Shown here: positions 36,934 to 40,954 of the stretch, piece by piece
Numbering within the stretch: the first letter of the stretch is position 1
Layout of the letters: the number at the start of each line of letters is the position of its first letter
From: Rhodothermales bacterium
GTDB taxonomy: Bacteria; Bacteroidota; Rhodothermia; Rhodothermales; VXPQ01
Length of the DNA stretch: 40,954 bases
Assembly: GCA_040904565.1 (NCBI GenBank)
Contig: JBBDTI010000035.1
Location: 1-40,954, forward strand
Direction of reading: 5' to 3'
Made by a program: the position numbers and the translations under genes
The notes under the pieces: generated by a model
What the model was told of the DNA's origin: nothing
The model's database searches: none
Seen by the model: the letters and a program-made list of their open reading frames with translations, nothing else

Positions 36934-37392
36934 ATGCCACGACCGAAGAGAACAGGGCGATCAAGGGAATACGATCCGACGCCGACTGAGCAATGGTGGC
37001 TGGTAGGTAAGCCGTTTCCCCCGATGGTACCGGGATGCATCAAGGCTGAGCTCGGCGGGCCATCCCGAGATGACGAAATTAAGCGGCAAGGGCTGAGCCC
37101 CTTCGAGGTGCTGAGCCTGAATAGTCTCGAGTCCCTCGAGCGGCTGCGCAAGCTCTACGAAGCGGCTCCGCAGTCTATTCGTAACCGCGTGCCGGAGGTT
37201 CGGCGGAAGATCCTCGAGGACGGCCCGACGGCGGATCTCTTGAAAGAGGACGAGGCGCGGACGGAGCGACTTCAACGCGCGTTCACCTGGGAGAACGAGT
37301 GGCTGAACCGGTGGCTGGCGTTGTCCGGTGACGAACAAGACGAGATTACGAGAATGGCGGCCACGAGACAGCCGGAGCCGCTCGCGGAATGA
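36934..37392 (+). CDS. Hypothetical protein
   Basis: 152-aa ORF starting 2 nt after terS and ATGA-coupled to the next gene. Confidence 0.7.
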   Translation: MPRPKRTGRSREYDPTPTEQWWLVGKPFPPMVPGCIKAELGGPSRDDEIKRQGLSPFEVLSLNSLESLERLRKLYEAAPQSIRNRVPEVRRKILEDGPTADLLKEDEARTERLQRAFTWENEWLNRWLALSGDEQDEITRMAATRQPEPLAE

Positions 37393-37742
37393 TACCAGGA
37401 AGTGACCTACCGCCCGAAGACTACGAGTTCTTGACCGAGTCTGGCCGAAAGGAGTGGAACCGCATCGTCGACGTGCTCGGGCACCATGTCTTAGGCCGGG
37501 ACCCGGCCTTGATCGCGGACTATGCCGATGCCTTGTCCTGCCTGCTCCAGATCGCGGACCTGCTGCGGCTTCGAGGCGCGGTCCAGATCAACAATGGCGA
37601 GCCGGTCGAGGGCAGCGAAGTGCAGATGTTAGCGGACGCCATGCAGGATCTTCGGAGGAGCATTGCTCGGCTCGGCATTAAGCAGCCGTTACCGGAGCGA
37701 ATAAGTGTTCACAGACTCACACAACGAATTTCGAGGAACTGA
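37389..37742 (+). CDS. Second, divergent P27-family terminase small subunit-like protein
   Basis: PP...FLTESGRKEWNRIVDVL...DPALIADYADA...LRLRGAV...LADAMQDLRRSIARLGI follows the P27 TerS pattern but lacks the (H/N)P motif. Confidence 0.6.
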   Translation: MIPGSDLPPEDYEFLTESGRKEWNRIVDVLGHHVLGRDPALIADYADALSCLLQIADLLRLRGAVQINNGEPVEGSEVQMLADAMQDLRRSIARLGIKQPLPERISVHRLTQRISRN

Positions 37743-37800
37743 CATGAGCTCCGGAACGCTAACATGACTGGCAGACTGCCCGTCCATATCTTAGGCCACG

Positions 37801-38427
37801 ATGAAGTCATTCAATGCCATATTGGACGAACTTGCCCGTGAGGGTATTGCTGCTGATCCCCAGAGCCTAACGGACGCACGCATATTAGAAGCGTTAAGCA
37901 ATTTCGAGGTATTCTGGGCCGCCGATTACGACAGTCACAAGATAAGAGAAGGTGTCCTTAAAGCACTGGCCGAAATTCAGATTACGTCTGCTCGACACCA
38001 CGAGTGGAGTGGCATAATGCAGAGGCGGCTCGGGCCGTTGATTGATTACCAAGACGCCAAGTTCTTCTATAATCTTGCATCGGACAGTTTGTCAAGGGCC
38101 AAAGCCCTTTCTAGCCTGAAGGCGTTCGAGCGGATGCGGACAGCTCAGTATCAGATTGTGGCAGCGTTGGACAAGCACACGACTGATATATGTAGGTGTC
38201 TGGACTTGATGTACTTGAGCGTCGACGATGCAGTCACGTGGCGTAACCAGTTCATGGGAATCGCTCGTTCTGACCAGTCGTGGCGACAGATAGCAGAGAG
38301 GTTCTGGGTTACCCTCACGCCTGAAGACGTTGCGCGGATCGACGACCCTAGCGATGTCGCTAGTCAGGGCGTCTTCTTGCCGCCTTTCCACGACGGATGT
38401 AGGTCTATCATCGAACCCGTACTATAA
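37801..38427 (+). CDS. MuF / SPP1 gp7-family minor head protein (short form)
   Basis: YQIVAALDKHTTDICRCLD ... PPFHDGCRSIIEP matches MuF D-x-R-T-x-x-x-C ... PPxHxxCR. Confidence 0.8.
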   Translation: MKSFNAILDELAREGIAADPQSLTDARILEALSNFEVFWAADYDSHKIREGVLKALAEIQITSARHHEWSGIMQRRLGPLIDYQDAKFFYNLASDSLSRAKALSSLKAFERMRTAQYQIVAALDKHTTDICRCLDLMYLSVDDAVTWRNQFMGIARSDQSWRQIAERFWVTLTPEDVARIDDPSDVASQGVFLPPFHDGCRSIIEPVL

Positions 38428-38512
38428 CCTATTACCGATCTTAATCGGTGTCTGACCGCCATACGGAAACATCAGGGCCCACGAACTCCACGAGGCCCTC
38501 TTCGCCCTGGAC

Positions 38513-38743
38513 GTGCCTGTAGGCGTGGCGCTGCGCGACCCGGTCCGCGCTATGCGCTTCACCGCAACGTGCTCTAAGCAGGCGATACGGGCGGCTCTAC
38601 GGGCCGTGTGCGTCGATCCACCGTCTTTGACGGACGACGAGCTGCGCCTCTTCGCGTGCGCCGTCATGAGCCGGGTACTGGTCCATGCACGGAATAACGT
38701 CACGAGGGAGCGGAGTGTTGTACGGGAGGCGCCGAAGGCGTAG
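38513..38743 (+). CDS. Small hypothetical protein (possibly truncated)
   Basis: GC-rich coding-like ORF; the frame is open back to a TGA at 38453 with no ATG before the GTG. Confidence 0.35.
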   Translation: MPVGVALRDPVRAMRFTATCSKQAIRAALRAVCVDPPSLTDDELRLFACAVMSRVLVHARNNVTRERSVVREAPKA

Positions 38744-38909
38744 GCGCGAATTGCTTGTGCTAAATGTAAATAATCGAATTTCCTATCATTAGAGTTAGAT
38801 AGGTGCATATGAATCACGCATCTCAGAGAACGATGGACGTCGCTCCCGAATTAGGACAGCGCGTATACACCTATGGCGACGCTGAAAAAATCTTACGCCT
38901 TCCGCACGG

Positions 38910-39518
38910 CTAGAACAACTCCAGCTGCGACCGCGAATACCAGCCCGCACGCGCGATTGCTGACGATAGGTCAGCGAACTCCTTTTCGTAAGTGCACCAT
39001 CGGGGGGCAACTTCATACTTTCGATCGTATAGAAGTATTTCGATGCTCGATCGAGAGCTCACAGCCGAGTTTGGTATAACATAAAATGAAAGCCTTTCGC
39101 CATCTACTCCGACGAGGACATAGACGTCAACGTCTTTTCCTGCACGCGTTACCCCTTGCAAGCTGCTGAATACGAATCTCCGCACCTTTCTCCCGTCGCT
39201 TACCCTCGTGCCGAGCGCTGCAGATTTGATCTCGATCTTATAGCCTTCCGGATGGACGGCATCGTGGCGCGAATGATGACCAGTAGGCTTCATCCCACAC
39301 GCCCAACATACCACGTGTTCGATGAAGCGCGGGGAGGTGAAAAGATCGAAGTTCACTTCCTCCAATACGCGTCGTCGTAGCGCGATCAAGCATTTGTCCA
39401 CGGTCTCTAACGTCGATCCAAGGGAGGGGGCTATCGAGACGTATAATATAGAAAAAGGGGGTGCCATTTCTGACGCCCCTTGTGGTATAGCCAGGTGTGT
39501 CGGCACCGGTAACTCCAC
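38910..39518 (-). CDS. PD-(D/E)XK restriction-endonuclease-like protein (true start probably downstream, e.g. GTG 39401 or ATG 39467)
   Basis: IEHVV...RHDAVHPEGYKIEIKSA gives E...D...ExK; C-terminal DVYVLVGV...FYVIP is typical of this fold. Confidence 0.7.
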   Translation of the reverse strand: MELPVPTHLAIPQGASEMAPPFSILYVSIAPSLGSTLETVDKCLIALRRRVLEEVNFDLFTSPRFIEHVVCWACGMKPTGHHSRHDAVHPEGYKIEIKSAALGTRVSDGRKVRRFVFSSLQGVTRAGKDVDVYVLVGVDGERLSFYVIPNSAVSSRSSIEILLYDRKYEVAPRWCTYEKEFADLSSAIARAGWYSRSQLELF

Positions 39519-39583
39519 GGCGTGCGCGGATGCGACCGGGATAAATCGGCCTACTCGTATGCAATGCCCTCGTGATCGAACCC

Positions 39584-39658
39584 TTCGCCCGGTTCGATGG
39601 ACAACTCATCGACGCCGGCACGAATCCGATCAAGCACTACGCTAACCTGGCATCGTAA
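39584..39658 (+). pseudogene. 3' remnant of an HK97-family major capsid protein gene
   Basis: Manual translation FARFDGQLIDAGTNPIKHYANLAS* resembles the RxDGxLxDAGTxP(I/V)K capsid C-terminus; in-frame TAA at 39542 upstream. Confidence 0.65.
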
Positions 39659-39686
39659 GCCTCACGGCATCGTGAGGAAAGGCTGG

Positions 39687-39724
39687 AAAGGGGCGGCCCG
39701 GTTCATTCCGAGTCGCCCCTTTTC
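39687..39724 (+). terminator. Intrinsic terminator after the capsid remnant
   Basis: AAAGGGGCGGC-CCGG ... CCGA-GTCGCCCCTTTT. Confidence 0.7.
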
Positions 39725-39739
39725 TATGCCGTAGCTCCA

Positions 39740-39820
39740 CGCGAGGAGGATCCGCAAAAATGGACGCAGGAGGAGGTAGCGCGGACGCTGGGGGTTGACC
39801 GAACTACTGTCTCCAAGTTC
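39740..39820 (+). pseudogene. Helix-turn-helix gene fragment
   Basis: Manual translation REEDPQKWTQEEVARTLGVDRTTVSKF, with no nearby in-frame start. Confidence 0.5.
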
Positions 39821-39892
39821 TCAAAGTTTAGAGTCTCCGGCAAACCCGGGGCGGTTCACTTTCCGGCGAGCCCATCATGTCCAGTGTACGAT

Positions 39893-40156
39893 TCATCGTT
39901 GGACAGTTGTGTCATGCCCTGCTCGCGTGTTTTCTTCGATTGCAACGATGCATTGGTACAATTGTCCAACTCCCATCGTCGCAAGGCCAGCCACGACCCC
40001 AGTAAGAGCAACCACTGCGTCGAGCCAACTATTTGGCATTCCAATAAGACCGAACGCGAATGATGCAACGGCTATTACTATGCAGACGAATCCAAGATAA
40101 TACAGGCTGACACCGAGGCCATAGAGTACGTGGAAGCGACGGGCAGTAGTGCTCAT
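39893..40156 (-). CDS. Small two-TM membrane protein
   Basis: Two hydrophobic segments followed by GQLYQCIVAIEENTR. Confidence 0.65.
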   Translation of the reverse strand: MSTTARRFHVLYGLGVSLYYLGFVCIVIAVASFAFGLIGMPNSWLDAVVALTGVVAGLATMGVGQLYQCIVAIEENTRAGHDTTVQR

Positions 40157-40582
40157 GAATCAAGTGGTCTAAATATTACGAGTGGAGGGGTGCGCCGGCG
40201 CCTCAGACCCCTAGCATTGAGTCCATGAAGGGCGCCGCCATGATTGTGTAAAGTATGCCGATGCGTTTCCCGGCCTTGCCTTTCTTCACGGCGTTCACGT
40301 CTCCCAACAGGCGAGCATGGACCTAGCCCACAAACCTGGACGCCGGGAGCTAGCTGCTTGCAGACAAGGATTTCCCGATCACGAAGACGCCAAATGCTAT
40401 CGCGGTAAATAGCAGAACGTGATACCAGATTCACTGGAGCCCGGGATCAGAATATAAAGGCCTGTCGAAACGACGAATGCGAACAAACCTGCCATGAAGG
40501 CCGACCCACCAAGGGGCTCATCGGATGGGGTCGCATCTTCGGTCTGCTTGGTGGACGCTCTCGCCCCGGTTGTGGGATAACC

Positions 40583-40954
40583 TCATGTCACCGAGGTAGC
40601 TACACTTCTCACCGAATCCATTAAGAGCTCTCCCGCAATCTGCGCATCAAAATCCCGAGGCTCGCCAAGCGTTGAATACAGCATAAACGTACAACGAGCA
40701 AATAACTGCTCCATCAGTTCGGCGTTACCGTCTGGCAAGTCTTCTGACATGACTTCGAGATATTCCTGCCCTGCAACGGCCGAAATTATTCGTACGCGTT
40801 CGCGCCACTCGCCTGGGAGCGCTTGCCCGTTCAACATAATTCCGAGAAAGCCCAGGACGCTAGAGTAGATGATCTTGATCTGCTCTTTCGAGATATGGTC
40901 AGGAGGTACGGACGGAGCCAGATAGTTTTCTCCAGCATTGAAGAGGGAGAGGCA
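40583..40954 (-). CDS. Hypothetical protein (3' part; start beyond right edge)
   Basis: The frame of the 84-aa ORF stays open upstream of ATG 40837 to base 40954 (CLSLFNAGENYLAPSV...). Confidence 0.55.
   Translation of the reverse strand, partial: CLSLFNAGENYLAPSVPPDHISKEQIKIIYSSVLGFLGIMLNGQALPGEWRERVRIISAVAGQEYLEVMSEDLPDGNAELMEQLFARCTFMLYSTLGEPRDFDAQIAGELLMDSVRSVATSVT

Larger units (their letters stand above)
31407..40954. mobile_element. tRNA-Thr-associated phage satellite / PICI-like genomic island (right end outside window)
   Basis: Begins at the tRNA 3' end, is visibly lower in GC and different in codon style, and carries xis-like HTH, D5-type helicase, ori repeats, prohead-protease-like, TerS and MuF genes. 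Confidence 0.85.

Noticed and set aside
38873-39079. 68-aa plus-strand ORF
   Set aside because: Overlaps the better-supported nuclease gene on the opposite strand and has no motif.
40153-40434. 93-aa minus-strand ORF, or a degraded membrane gene in another frame
   Set aside because: Non-protein-like composition; the alternative frame has hydrophobic patches interrupted by stops, too weak to call.

Overview
GC-rich bacterial chromosome window, probably Rhodothermota/Bacteroidota-like. This is inferred from the ECF sigma C-terminus SINTALGRMRYALINLRK, the apt VLVHDD motif and the TonB-receptor/lipoprotein/PIG-L cluster. Bases 1-31.3 kb are host genes: DUF445, mlaDFE-type ABC, radA, metY plus a CoA-binding protein, an ECF sigma/anti-sigma operon with two paralogous secreted coiled-coil proteins, amidase, apt, ridA, SDR, mnmA, two orphan response regulators, PIG-L deacetylase, TonB receptor, class II DAHP synthase, a broken NCS2 permease, M32 carboxypeptidase and an osmoprotectant ABC transporter. 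A tRNA-Thr(CGT) at 31334-31406 is followed by a phage-satellite (PICI-like) island that runs off the right end. Its translationally coupled core encodes an excisionase-type HTH, a D5/P4-type SF3 helicase followed by an iteron origin, an Hjc-like nuclease, a coiled-coil protein, an HK97 prohead-protease homologue lacking the catalytic motifs, an HExxH metalloprotease and two P27-type small terminase subunits. Further right are a MuF protein, a stand-alone PD-(D/E)XK nuclease, and an unannotated 3' remnant of an HK97-type major capsid gene. No integrase, portal, TerL or intact capsid gene is visible in the window. All family assignments come from motif recognition by eye, not database searches.
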